64,000 nucleotides of DNA, taken from assembly GCA_012295275.1 (NCBI GenBank), contig CM022677.1, positions 18,538,001 through 18,602,000 of the forward strand, written 5' to 3'. Positions 1-17,886 of this stretch are shown here, one piece after another. The stretch comes from Chrysomallon squamiferum. Lineage: Eukaryota; Animalia; Mollusca. A program made the position numbers and the translations under genes. A model generated the notes under the pieces. The model worked only from the letters and a program-made list of their open reading frames with translations, did not search any database and had not been told where the DNA came from. Each line of letters begins with the position of its first letter. The stretch's first letter is position 1.

Positions 1-600
1 CATTCGTCGATTTTTTTGTCCGTCACTCTATTCATTCATTCATCCATCAATCCGTCTTCGTTCCATCGATGCAGCCATTCATTCATTAATACATCCATCC
101 ATCCATCCATCATTTCTTTCATTCATTCATAAGTGAATCCTACGGAGATATAAATCTAACTAACGATCGAATTAACAACTATAATTTAAATATAAAACTG
201 ACGCTATCTACTTATTCAAATACATTCTCCTTTGCGTACATACTCTAACCTATAAATAAATTCTTGCATACCACAGCACCATTCATCTACAAATTAAAAA
301 CGCACTCATATAAACGCATAGTCGCACGCGCACACACACTTACGATTCCGACCAGTATCATATATTCATAAAAATATCAATATTAAAAACATCTGTTTTA
401 TATTAATTTTATTTCGACCCATCATCATCATCATTATTACTATTATAGTTCTTACCATTATTGTTATTATTATCATTTTCATCATTATCACCATCATCAT
501 AATCATCAACATCAAATTAATGAGTAATAGTGCTTTTGTTCTTATTGTTGTTGCTGCTGCTGATGTTGTTGTTATCATTATTATTATATTAATTTTCCAG

Positions 601-2002
<1,402 letters not shown>

Positions 2003-2015
2003 GTGCGTCATCTGG

Positions 2016-2109
<94 letters not shown>

Positions 2110-2558
2110 AGAGATATGTCAGTGGGAAGGTGCATATATAAAATACGTTATTGCTAACTGAAGATTGTGCGGAGAGCCTTTTTATTTATCAGCTTCTCTG
2201 TTTGCAAATTAATGTTGTGTATTTGATGTTGAACAAAAATTCTTAAATAAACGTAAACTGAACATTTTATTTCAGTTTGTTTTGTTTTGTTTTGTTTTTT
2301 TTTTTTTTTTTTTTGGGGGACTGTATATTTCCTTCATATAATTTTTAATGGACCAAAAAAATTGCTTCCACTGAGCAGCATCTGATGTAGAAAGAAATCA
2401 TGTCTGGATTTCGTTGGATGATGTGAATTTTCACCCTCGGCCACACCCTCGGCCACACCCATCACTGGATCGGGACCTGCTTTCCTTCGTTTCAAATAAT
2501 TACATCTTACGTGAAGGAATAGAGGAATATTCAGACATTCATAATATCCTTATTATGC

Positions 2559-2669
<111 letters not shown>

Positions 2670-2679
2670 CCTCCCTCCC

Positions 2680-5230
<2,551 letters not shown>

Positions 5231-5710
5231 TTAATGAGAATAGATTTCTAGATTAAGCCTACCAAGGTTACTTAGGTTCAACAGATAAAAAGATTTTTCA
5301 AGATATCGCTGTCCCCTAACCATCCTGCGATATCTTGTTTCAATGGAAGTAAATGCTGTTGTCTTCAAGTCATTCGTTTACAGAGACTCGTAAACACATG
5401 TCAGAGTTTAATGTTCTCTGTATTACTTGTCTTTTGTTTGTTTATTCGCGCAAAATGAAATTTAGTCATCGCCTTCTTAATGAAAATCTAGTCTGTTTCT
5501 ATCTCTCTCCCTCTCTCTCTTTGTCTCTCTTTCTCTCTGTCTTACTGTTGTACAAACATACAACTACATACACATGCACTATCACACATAATTATTGTAT
5601 TGATGATAGTAATATTAATAATAATAATAACAACAACAACAACAATAATAATAATAATAATAGTAATAATAATAATAAATATATAAATAAAAATAATAAT
5701 AATAATAATG

Positions 5711-5750
<40 letters not shown>

Positions 5751-6074
5751 TAATATAACAACAGCAGCAAAGACAACAACAATGATAACACTAACAAAAG
5801 CAGCAAAAACAATGCTGGTTGATGGTGATGATGATGACAGCGACGACGACAGTAATACAACAACAGTAAAAATGTTAATAACAAGAGGAGCAGCAAACAA
5901 TTCAAAGATGATGACGACAACAACAGCTACAACAGGCTTTTCTTTTTTCTCCCTTGTTCTTCAGTCCCTACATGATTATTGTTATTATTATTTTTCTTGT
6001 TGTTGTTTTCTAGTACACTTTTCAACATACATACATACATACATATGTTAGCATGCATGTAGGTTTGTATGTAT

Positions 6075-6250
6075 TTATGGATTAATATTCTCTGTCTTAT
6101 GTACGTCTGATTAGACTCTGCACACAGACAATATTCGGAAACGCACTGGCGCAGGAGGACAAAGTCCAATCACGACCTCACAAACCCGTCAGATGCCGCT
6201 GACGAGACTCGAACGTATGACACCCATTCGCCCGTACACCGGAATCCAAC
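6075..6250 (-). mobile_element. 5'-truncated copy of tRNA-derived SINE
   Basis: Reverse complement matches the 11219-11425 element from the B-box region onward. Confidence 0.65.
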
Positions 6251-7086
6251 AATGAAAGCGTCTTACTAATACTGCGGTTGCTACAGCAACAGCTACTACT
6301 ACTAAACTACCAATATACTGTACCAATATTACGACTACACTACTACTACTACTACTGCTACTGAAGCTGCAACTATTACTGCTATTAGTTCTACTACTAT
6401 TATCACCATTATTACTACTAATTCTTACTGATACTAGTACTTCTGCTATTACTACAGTTACTATCACTACTACCATTGCTACTACTATAACTAGTAGTAT
6501 TACTACTACTAGTTCTGTTACTACCATTACTACTACTACTACTACTACTTCTACTATAAATATTACAATTACTAAAACTGATACTACTACTGTTACCACC
6601 ACTAGTAGAACTGCTACAACTACAATTATTACTATTACTGCCTCTAAACTGCTGCTGCTACTACTACTATTATTACTACTACTACTACTTGTGTAACTAC
6701 TACTACTACTACTACTACTACTATTACTACAACTACCAATAATAATAATATTTCTACTACCACTACTACTACTTCTAGTATTTCTACAGCTGTTACTCCA
6801 ACTATTTCTAGTATACTATAACTACTACTACTAATATCACTACTACTACTACTAGTAATAATAACATTTCTACGACTGCTACAACAACAACAACAACTAC
6901 TACTACTACTACTACAACTACTACTACTACCACTACTACTACAACTACTATTAGTAATACTAATAATAATAATACAGGATACAAAAAATAATCTATCTGA
7001 ATGTAATATATCAGTGTTATCTCTTTGTCGTTTTTGAAAGGGCAGATAATAATAATGACAAAAAGAACAAGAATAATAACAACAAC

Positions 7087-7133
<47 letters not shown>

Positions 7134-7269
7134 GAACAAGAACAAGAACAATAAAAAATTACAATTAAATAAATTAGTAAAAAAAAAAAAAAAAAAAAAT
7201 AATAATAATAATAATAATAATAAGAACAAAATTATTCTTATTCTTCTTATTATTATTGTTATTATTATT

Positions 7270-7720
7270 AACATTCAACACGACAGAAGGCATTTAACAA
7301 CATAAATTGAAAAAACCGTCCAACTCGTTCCGCTCTTTAGTTCATTAAACTGTACACGACTTTGTTAACAGTCTTCTTCAAGTGGAACGGTGCTAACACA
7401 CAAGTATTTTCTTGCTTTAACACGGCCGCTTTGAAAGACACGAAGAAACGAAGTAACAATAAAATTCCTATTATTTTATATTCTTGTCACCGCAGTGGTC
7501 TGTTTAGTTTCAATAGCAGTACGGACTCGCAGTTCGTAATAAAGAGATATTAGTGGAGCTTCGGTCGAATAACGGGAGTTGATGAAAAAATAATTAAATC
7601 TTAATCATTTTGTCACTAACTGGAGCATGGGTAAAAATACTTGAGTTAACAGTGTACTGAGGGTAGGTGTCTGTTTGCTATTGCTGGTGTTATCGTTTAT
7701 GTATTAAGGTATGATTCTTT
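7270..7720 (+). promoter_or_regulatory. Candidate promoter / non-coding first exon of C1GALT1-like A (mirror copy ~15470-15905)
   Basis: Non-repetitive island upstream of the acceptor at 8523, with possible donors (gagg|gtaggt ~7662; aag|gtatga ~7708). The ATG exon starts with an acceptor, so an upstream exon is required. Confidence 0.35.
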
Positions 7721-7926
7721 TTTATTTTTTATTTTTCATCTGTTTATGTGTCTGGCTATCTGTGTATCTATCTACCTGTCTGTCTGTCTGTTTATCTGTT
7801 TGACTATTCATCAATCTGTTTACCTACCTATTTATTTACAGATATATATATATAAATATGTGTCTGTGTCTTTACCGTCCTACGTATCCACATACCCCTA
7901 TCTCTCTCTCTCTATCCCTCTCTATC

Positions 7927-7999
<73 letters not shown>

Positions 8000-8006
8000 C
8001 TCCTCT

Positions 8007-8062
<56 letters not shown>

Positions 8063-8066
8063 CCTC

Positions 8067-8346
<280 letters not shown>

Positions 8347-8546
8347 CATTCTTTCTGTCTATCTATATGATCTATATATTCCTTCTCTTACTCTTCCACT
8401 GTTTTATGTACAGAATGTCGTTCTATAAGACACGAAAAATCTATAGTAACAGACTAAATCAGAGTTCACGACAACATACCACTAAAAACAAACATGGGGT
8501 ACTAATGTCCTTATCTCTTGCAGGCTGAAAAACGACATTCATTGAG

Positions 8547-8792
8547 ATGAAGCGACTGAAGACAGTTATCTACGCAGTTGTTCTGATGTCTGTCTTCGTA
8601 TTCTGTTATACACTAATCGAAGATTACCACGTGCGACACAAAGGAAGCCAAAAGTCACTGAAGAAAAAAACGTCAACAGAAATACCAATTATAAGAAATA
8701 GACTTCATGATGAAAATTCTCATAATGGTAAATATATGTGTGTGTCTGTGTTTGTGTGTGTTTGTGTGTGTGTGTGTGTGTGTACATGTATG

Positions 8793-8871
<79 letters not shown>

Positions 8872-8874
8872 ATG

Positions 8875-8941
<67 letters not shown>

Positions 8942-9358
8942 GTATGTATGTATATATATATATGTATGTATATATATAAAATCACTTAATTTTGTTCATT
9001 CTTTCTTTCTTTCTTTCTTTTTTTCTTTCCTTTTTTGTTATATATATCCCTCCCTTTCTGTCTCTTGTTTTCTCTCTTTCTTAATGTCTCTGTTGTTCTT
9101 TCTCTCTTCCTGTTTCAGCTTTTGAATGTTGTTTTGTTGCGGCACGGGTCACTGTCAATTTTAAACTTTGTTTCTATTTGATGTTTTATTCTCATTTATT
9201 AAGCTAAATTATAATTATTACCATTATTGTTATTATTATTATTAGTGTTGTTGTTGTTATTGCTGTTGCTGTTGTTGTTCTTCATGTTGTTTTGTTATTA
9301 CTGTTGTTGTTGTTGTTGCTGTTGTTATTGCTGTTGTTGTTCTTTTGTTATTCTTCCT

Positions 9359-9389
<31 letters not shown>

Positions 9390-10254
9390 TTATTATTATT
9401 ATTATTATTATTACTGTTATAGACGATTCCTCGGTTGCCAGTAAAATGTACAACGATGTAACAGTGTTGTGCTGGATTATGACGTCACCAAAGAATTTGT
9501 TAGCCAAGGCAGGAGCGGTCAAGGAAACATGGGGGAAGCGATGCAACAAACTTCTCTTCTTCAGCTCCGTCACAAACACGTCATTTCCGGCTGTAGGCCT
9601 GAACGTCTCGGAAGGCAGACAACACCTGACGGCGAAGTCGATGAAGGCTTTTCAGTACATCTACGATCACCACCTCAACGACGCCGACTGGTTTCTGAAA
9701 GCAGACGACGATACTTACGTCATCATGGAGAACTTACGTTACTTCCTGTCGACGAAAAACACGTCAGATCCGGTATTTTACGGTCACTTTTTCAAGAAGC
9801 CTGGATTTCACAGCGGTGGGGCTGGTTACGTGCTCAGTAAAGAATCACTGACTCGCTTCGGCACGAGGGGAGATAACTCTACGATCTGCAGGAAAGACGG
9901 CGGCAAAGAAGACATAGAAATAGCAAAATGCCTTAAAAGACTGAATGTTCAACCGATAGACGGCATAGATAAATTAGGCAGAAGTCTTTTCCATGTGACA
10001 ACCCCTGGAGTTCATCTTTCAGGGCGATTACCCTACTGGTATTATGTACTTGGTCATTCAAGACAGGTAAGTAAACAAATAAATAAATAAATAAATAAAT
10101 AAGTAAACAAATAAATAAATAGATAAAAAATAAGTAGCAAGTTTCACGTGAAATTATTATTTACTTTATTTTATTGTTCTTTCGTAGTCTAGAGCTGTCA
10201 GCAACTACATCTATCTTTCATACTCTATGTGAATATATATATAAATATATATAT

Positions 10255-10322
<68 letters not shown>

Positions 10323-10575
10323 ATGACATTTGACTCCTATTCAAAATAGAATATTTTATGTTATTATTATTATTATATATCTATCATTATGTATGTATGT
10401 ATATATATAATTTTCTAACTTACCTTTACTCTGTTTTTAGATATACCAGGCTCCCAGTGACTATGCAATTTCCTATCATTATATCAATCCAGAGAAGATG
10501 CTTGAAATGGAGTATTTTATTTATCATTTACGACCGTACGGAATAAAATCAGGATTTCAAGATTTAAGCCAATAA
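8547..10575 (+). CDS. C1GALT1: Core 1 beta-1,3-galactosyltransferase (T-synthase, GT31)-like, copy A, 319 aa; coding exons 8547-8727, 9423-10066, 10441-10575
   Basis: GT-AG introns with consistent phases (1, 0). Type II TM N-terminus ([21 protein letters not shown]). Motifs [33 protein letters not shown] (DxD), [11 protein letters not shown], and SDYAISYHY...[12 protein letters not shown]. Confidence 0.93.
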
Positions 10576-10614
10576 AAATGATTATCGCTGAACTTAACTT
10601 TTCGAAGTTTAGTC

Positions 10615-10699
<85 letters not shown>

Positions 10700-11218
10700 T
10701 ATCAGTTCGTGTCTCGAGACACATAGAGAGATAAATAGAAGAATAGTATGTATATATGTATATATATTTCTCTATGGTCATCAGTTAGTGTCTCTGTCTC
10801 TTTGTAGATATCAAAAAGGCATGGTATGTGCTATGAGGCATTTCAAATAAAAAAGTAACCTATGGTCTAATGATGATGTCTTTCCTTTCTCTTATCATAA
10901 TTATTCAAAATAAAACTGACATCATGTACGACAACTATCGACCATTTTACGTCACAATATCTACATACATAAAAGTGTTAGTTACTTTGACAACCACGTT
11001 AAATAATGTAACAGTTTCACATCACAGTTATAAAAGCTAAAACTAAAATAAAATTCGTTACAATTTCTCTGATAAATTAAAACATGGAGCGGTGTGTTGT
11101 AACTTCCGCCATAATTTTTTTTTTTTTAGCTTTTGCTTGATGCTAGGCAACTAACTGTGTGTTTAGAATTGGTAACGTGAGTACTCCCGCTGTCTTGTAA
11201 TCTAGGTGTGTCTAGGTG

Positions 11219-11425
11219 TGTCTCGGTGGCCGAACCGTAATATCAACCGCCTTCGGAGTGCTGGTGAATGGGTGTCATACGTTCGAGTCTCGTCAGCGGC
11301 ATCTGACGGGGTTTGTGAGGTCGTGATTGGACTTTGTCCTCCTGCGCCAGTGCGTTCCCGAATATTGTCTACGTGCAGAGTCTATTCAGACGTACATAAG
11401 ACAGAGAATATTCAAAATCATGAAA
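11219..11425 (+). mobile_element. tRNA-derived SINE with complete head (tRNA-Arg-like)
   Basis: A-box-like tggccgaaccg (11227-11237), anticodon-loop-like cttcgga, B-box gttcgagtc (11281-11289). Body repeated at ~6075, 17160, 18810, 20305, 25930. Confidence 0.7.
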
Positions 11426-11704
11426 CTACATACACACATACATTCACAAATACATATATGCATGAATACATAAATCCATAGATACATGCACACATATAAT
11501 ATAAACACACATACACACACTCGTAGATATTTATATATTCGAAACTCTCGATTAACTTTAATTTCGATTTTAATTTTTAAATTCTTTTCTACCCCGAATA
11601 TTTACTACCAGTACTATTATTATTAGTAGTAGTTGTATTAGTAGTAGTCGGAGTATTAGTAGTAGTAGTAATAGCGCTAGCATCTACACTGTTAATAGTA
11701 GTTC

Positions 11705-12230
11705 TATTGATATATGAAGAGTTTATTTGGGAAAGACATTACAAACTATTTATTAAAGAATACGCAAAATAAAAGATGTAAAATCTTGAGTGACTATGTC
11801 GTTTCCTTTCGCTCCGTCTCTCCAGTGAATGTGTATATTTTAGAATATTACATTTACCATGTTCTTCCGTAAGGAGTAATTTCGCATTTACAAGATTTAA
11901 ACTAAATGATGACGTCAACAATAGTTTGACGTTTGAGGTATCTTGTCTTTCATTAATAGTGTTCGTTGGTTTCAGTTACGATGACGCCAACAATACTATG
12001 ACGTGATTTTGTTCTGTGTATATGTGTGGATGTTTTATCAGGACATTAATTTTCATGAAACATTTCTTTCTGATCTTAGACAGGATATTAATGTAGATAA
12101 AAAAGTGGAAGTTATTTATTGATTTATTTATTGATTTATTTACATTTTCAGTGATAATTAGAGAGAGATAGACATATATCAAACTGTATACATTATATAT
12201 TTTTATATATATATCGATGTTTTGTCAACT

Positions 12231-12306
<76 letters not shown>

Positions 12307-12800
12307 CCTGAGGAAATACAAATACTTTTAAACATACAGACAAACAGATACACAGATTGATATATGAAGAGCTTATTTGGGAAAGACATTACAAACTATT
12401 TATTAAAGAATACGCAAAATAAAAGATGTAAAAGCTTGAGTGACTATGTCGTTTCATTTCGGTCCGTCTCTCCAGTGAATGTGTATATTTTAGAATATTA
12501 CATTTACCATCTTCTTCCGTAAGAAGTACTTTCTCGCTTAGAAGTCTTAAAGTAAATGATGACGTCAACAGTAGTCTGGCGTTTGAGGTATCTTGTCTTT
12601 CACTAATAGTGTTCGTTGGTTTCCGTTACGATGACGTCAGCAATAGTATGACGTGATATTGTTCTATTTGTATTTGTGGATGTTTCATTAGGACATTAAT
12701 TTTCATGAATCTTTTGTTTTGATCTTAGTCAGGACATTAACGTAGATAAAAAAGTGTAAGTTATTTATTTATTTGTTTGTTTATTTATTTATTTGTTATA
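11705..12800. repeat. Two direct copies of a ~450 bp element in the palindrome spacer (third copy ~60330-60660)
   Basis: gatatatgaagag(t/c)ttatttgggaaagacattac at ~11709 and ~12359; shared gatgacgtcaac...gtatcttg...gtgttcgtt block at ~60465. Confidence 0.8.
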
Positions 12801-12894
12801 TGTTCCAGTAATAAATAAACCAATAAATACACGCACGTAAACATCAACAAACCTCAATAGACATCAACCATATATATATGTGTGTATGTGTCTG

Positions 12895-13056
<162 letters not shown>

Positions 13057-13098
13057 AGTTGACAAAACATCGAAAAGGCAAACTTTGCGATACATTTT

Positions 13099-13386
13099 TT
13101 ATTGGCTTAAATTTTGAAATCCTGATTTTATTCCATACGGTCGTAAATGATAAATAAAATACTCCATTTCAAGCATCTTCTCTGGATTGATATAATGAAA
13201 GGAAACTGCATAATCACTGGGAGCCTGGTATATCTAGAAAACAAAGAAAGCTAATCAGAAAATTATACATATACTGACTTACATAATGATAGATATATAT
13301 ATAATAATAATAATAGAACAAAATTAAAAAATATAAAGATTCTGTTTTGAATAGCGAACACAAATGTTAGGAAGAGAGAGAGAGAA

Positions 13387-13465
<79 letters not shown>

Positions 13466-14316
13466 AAAAGATAGAGTCACACACACATATATATTTACAA
13501 AGTCGCAAAGATAGATATATGAAAGATAGACGTACTTCCAGAGAACGTAAGGCAAAGAAATAAATATAAAATAAAATAAATAATAATTTGACGTGAATAG
13601 CTATTTATTATTTATTTATTTATCTATTTATTTATTTATTTATTTATTTGTTTGTTTCTTTACTTACCTTTTTTGAATGACCAAGTTTATAGTACCAGTA
13701 AGGTAATCTCCCTGAAACATGAACTCCAGGATTGGTACAATGGAAAAGACTTCTGCCTAATTTATCTATGGCGTCTATCGGTTCAACACTCAGTCTTTTA
13801 AGACATTTTGCTATTTCTATGTCTTCTTCAATGCCATCTTGTTTACATATCGTAGAGTTATTTCCCCTGGTGCTCAAGCGAGTCAGTGATTCTTTACTGA
13901 GCACGTAACCAGCCCCACCGCTGTGAAATCCAGGCTTCTTGAAAAAGTGACCGTAATATACTGGATCTGACGTGTTTTTCGTCGACAAGAAGTAACGTAA
14001 GTTCTCTACGATGACGTACGTGTCGTCGTCTGCTTTCAGAAACCAATCGGCGTCGTTGAGGTGGTGATCGTAGATGTACTGAAAAGCCTTCATCGTCTTC
14101 GCCGTCAGGTGCTGTCTGCCTTCAGAGACGTTCAGGCCTACAGCCGGAAATGACGTGTTGGTGACGGAGCTGAAGAAGAGAAGTTTGTTGCATCGTTTCC
14201 CCCACGTTTCCTTGACAATCGATGCCTTCGGTAATAAATTCTTTGGTGACGTCATAACCCAGCACAACACTCTTACATCGTTGTACATTTTACTTGCCAC
14301 CAACCAATCGTCTATA

Positions 14317-14382
<66 letters not shown>

Positions 14383-14713
14383 TAGCTTAATAAACGAGAA
14401 GAAAACATCAAATAGAAACAATAATAACAATAATGATAATAATAATAATAATAATATTAATAACAGATTAACTTAATAAAGGAGAATAAAACAACAAATA
14501 GAAAGAAAGTCTTAAAAATGACACTGACACATGCCGCAGTAAAACAAAACACAAAACCTGAAACAGGAAGAGAGATAGAACAACAGAGACATTAAGAAAG
14601 AGAGAGAAAAAGAGACAGAAAGACAGGTATATATAACAAAAAAGAAAGAAAGAAAGAAGGAATGAATGAATGAAATTAAGTAATTATATATATATATATA
14701 CTATCGCATACAT

Positions 14714-14767
<54 letters not shown>

Positions 14768-14979
14768 ACAGATATATATTTACCATTATGAGAATTTTCA
14801 TCATGAAGTCTATTTCTTAAAACTTCCATTTCTGGTGATGATTTTTTCTTCAGTGTCTTTTGGCTTCCTTTGTGTCCCGCGTGGTAATCTTCGATTAATT
14901 TATAATAGAATACAAAGACAGAGATTAGAACGACAGTGTAGATGACTGTCTTGAATCGCTTCAATTTGATGACATGCAT
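13099..14979 (-). CDS. C1GALT1: Core 1 beta-1,3-galactosyltransferase (T-synthase, GT31)-like, copy B, 324 aa; coding exons 14784-14979, 13668-14311, 13099-13233
   Basis: Same exon sizes (644, 135 nt) and phases as copy A; open frame; [31 protein letters not shown]...YHLRPYG. Start at ATG 14979 (MHVIKLKRFK). Confidence 0.92.
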
Positions 14980-15169
14980 GTCGTTTTTCAACCTGCAAGA
15001 GACAACGACATTAGCACCCCATGTTTGTTTAAGTGATGTTGTCCAGAACTCTGATTTTTGGTGACTTATAGAACTTGACGTACGTAACTTTACACGACAT
15101 TCTGTACATAAAACAGTGGAAGATTAAGAGAAGAAATATATAGATTATATATATACAGGAAAAAGGAAT

Positions 15170-15276
<107 letters not shown>

Positions 15277-15907
15277 TGGATAAGTAGGACGGTAAAGAGA
15301 CAGACACATACATAGATATATATAGGTAGATAAATAGGTAGCTAAACAGATTGGTAAATAGAGCGATAAACAGACTGATAAATTGTCAAACAGACAGATA
15401 TATAGATAGATATATACATAGATAGACACATAAACAGATTAAAAAAAAAAAACATTTAAAAAGCAGAAGTATCTTAATACATAAACGATAACACGAGCAA
15501 TAGCAAACATTCACCTACCCTCAGTACGATCTTAAGTCAAGTATTTTACCCATGCTCCAGTTAGTAACAAAATGATTGAGATGTAATTATTTTTTTTATC
15601 AACTCCCGTTATTCGACCGAAGCTCCACTGACATCTCTTTATTACGAACTGCGAGTCCGTACTGCTATTGAAACTAAACAGACCACTGCGGCGACAAGAA
15701 TATAAAATAACAGAAATTTTATTGTTACCTCGTCTGTTTGTGTATTTCAAAGCGGCCGTGTTAAAGCAAGAAAATACTTGTGTGTTACCACCGTTCCACT
15801 TGAAGAACACTGTTAACAATATTTTATACACTTTAATGAACTAAAGAGCGGAACGAGATGGACGGTTTTTTGAATTTATGTTAGCGGAGCCTTCTGTCGT
15901 GTTAAAT

Positions 15908-16009
<102 letters not shown>

Positions 16010-16188
16010 TTTGTTCTTGTTGTTGTTATTATTATTATTATTATTATTATTTGTTGTTGTTGTTGTTCTTTTTGTTATTATTATTATCTGCTCTTTCAAA
16101 AACGACAAAGAGATAACTCTGACATATTACAGTCAGATAGAAATTTTTAGTTCTTGTTATTGTTATTATGATCATGATGATGATGATG

Positions 16189-16230
<42 letters not shown>

Positions 16231-16249
16231 TTTTTTTTTTTTTTTTAAT

Positions 16250-16522
16250 TTATTTAATTATTGCTTCTTTTTATTATCTTTTTTTTTTCTTCTGTTACTT
16301 ATTTTTTTCTTGCTGTCTCGGACTATAGATTTCTGTGTATTTCTTTCTCTATTCACAAACGTAAAGAGGACGAACCAGGAAGTTATGTGTGCGGCAACTC
16401 GTGACGGGATATAAGGTGAATCTCCATTGTTACTGTTTCAGTTTGTAATACTCAGTACTCGGTTTTATCTCCTCTTTCAAAAACGACAAGAACATAACAC
16501 TGATATATTATTAATAGTAGTT

Positions 16523-16563
<41 letters not shown>

Positions 16564-17397
16564 TGTAGTTGGTGTTATTGTTGTTGTAGCAGTAGTAGTA
16601 GTAGCAATTGTTGTTGTTGATGTCGTTGTAGCAGTAGCAGAAATGTTATTATTATTAGTAGTAGTAGTAGGAGGAGTTGTAGTAGCAACAGAGCAGCAGT
16701 AGTAGTGGTAGTGGTAGTGATATTAGTAGTAGTAGTTGTAGTATACAAGAAATAGTAGCAGTAACAGCAGTAGAAATACTAGTAGTAGGAGTAGTAGTTG
16801 TAGTAGTAGTAGTAGAAATATTATTATTATTGGTAGTAGTAGTAATAGTAGTAGCAGTAGTAGTAGTAGTAGGTATAGTAGTAGTAGTAGTAGTGATAGT
16901 ACTAGTAGTTCTAATACTATTAGATGTAGTAGTAGCAATGGTAGTAGTGGTAGTAACAGTAGTAATAGCAGAAGTACTATTATCAGTAAGAATTGGTAGT
17001 AATAATGGTGATAATAGTAGTAGAACTAATAGCAGTAATAGTTGCAGCTTCAGTAGCAGTAGTACAAGTAACGTAGTCGTAGTGTTGGTATAGTATATTT
17101 GTAGTGTAGTAGTAGTAGCTGTTGCAGTGGTAACCGCAGTAGTAGTAAGACGCTTTCATTGTTGGATTCCGGTGTACGGGCGAATGGGTGACATACGTTC
17201 AAGTCTCGTCAGCGGCATCTGACGTGTTTGTGAGGTCGTGAGGTCGTCCGATTGGACTAAGAGTCTAATCAGACGTACATAAGACAGAGAATATTCAAAA
17301 TCGTAAAAAGAACACATACACATACAATATAGTCACAAAAATACATACATTCATACATACATACATACATACCTACCTATATATATACATTTACAGA

Positions 17398-17459
<62 letters not shown>

Positions 17460-17485
17460 GAGAAAACAACAACATGAAGAACAAA

Positions 17486-17543
<58 letters not shown>

Positions 17544-17683
17544 GACTGAAGAACAAGGGAGACAAATCCGTCAGGCTTGTCTAATCAAACAGTCAGTTAT
17601 TTAGAAAAAAAGTAAAGGCTGTTGTAGCTGTTATTATTGTTGTTGTTTTGAATTTTTTTTATTTTTATTATTTTTTAATATTA

Positions 17684-17721
<38 letters not shown>

Positions 17722-17803
17722 TTTTTGTTTTTCATTATTTTTTGTCTTTGCTGCTGTTATTATTATTATTATTATTATTTTATTATTATTTTTGTTGTTG
17801 TTG

Positions 17804-17886
<83 letters not shown>

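Noticed and set aside
6189-6602. Val-rich membrane-like ORFs (also 16830, 18465, 19647, 25558)
   Set aside because: (TAG)n-derived sequence running into a SINE; no domain, and stops vary between copies.
9227-9422. Poly-L/C/I N-terminal extension of the C1GALT1 ORF
   Set aside because: Intronic microsatellite upstream of the acceptor at 9422; the true N-terminus is exon 8547-8727.
11219-11300. Functional tRNA gene
   Set aside because: Stems do not pair into a convincing cloverleaf; followed by a repeated body, consistent with a SINE.
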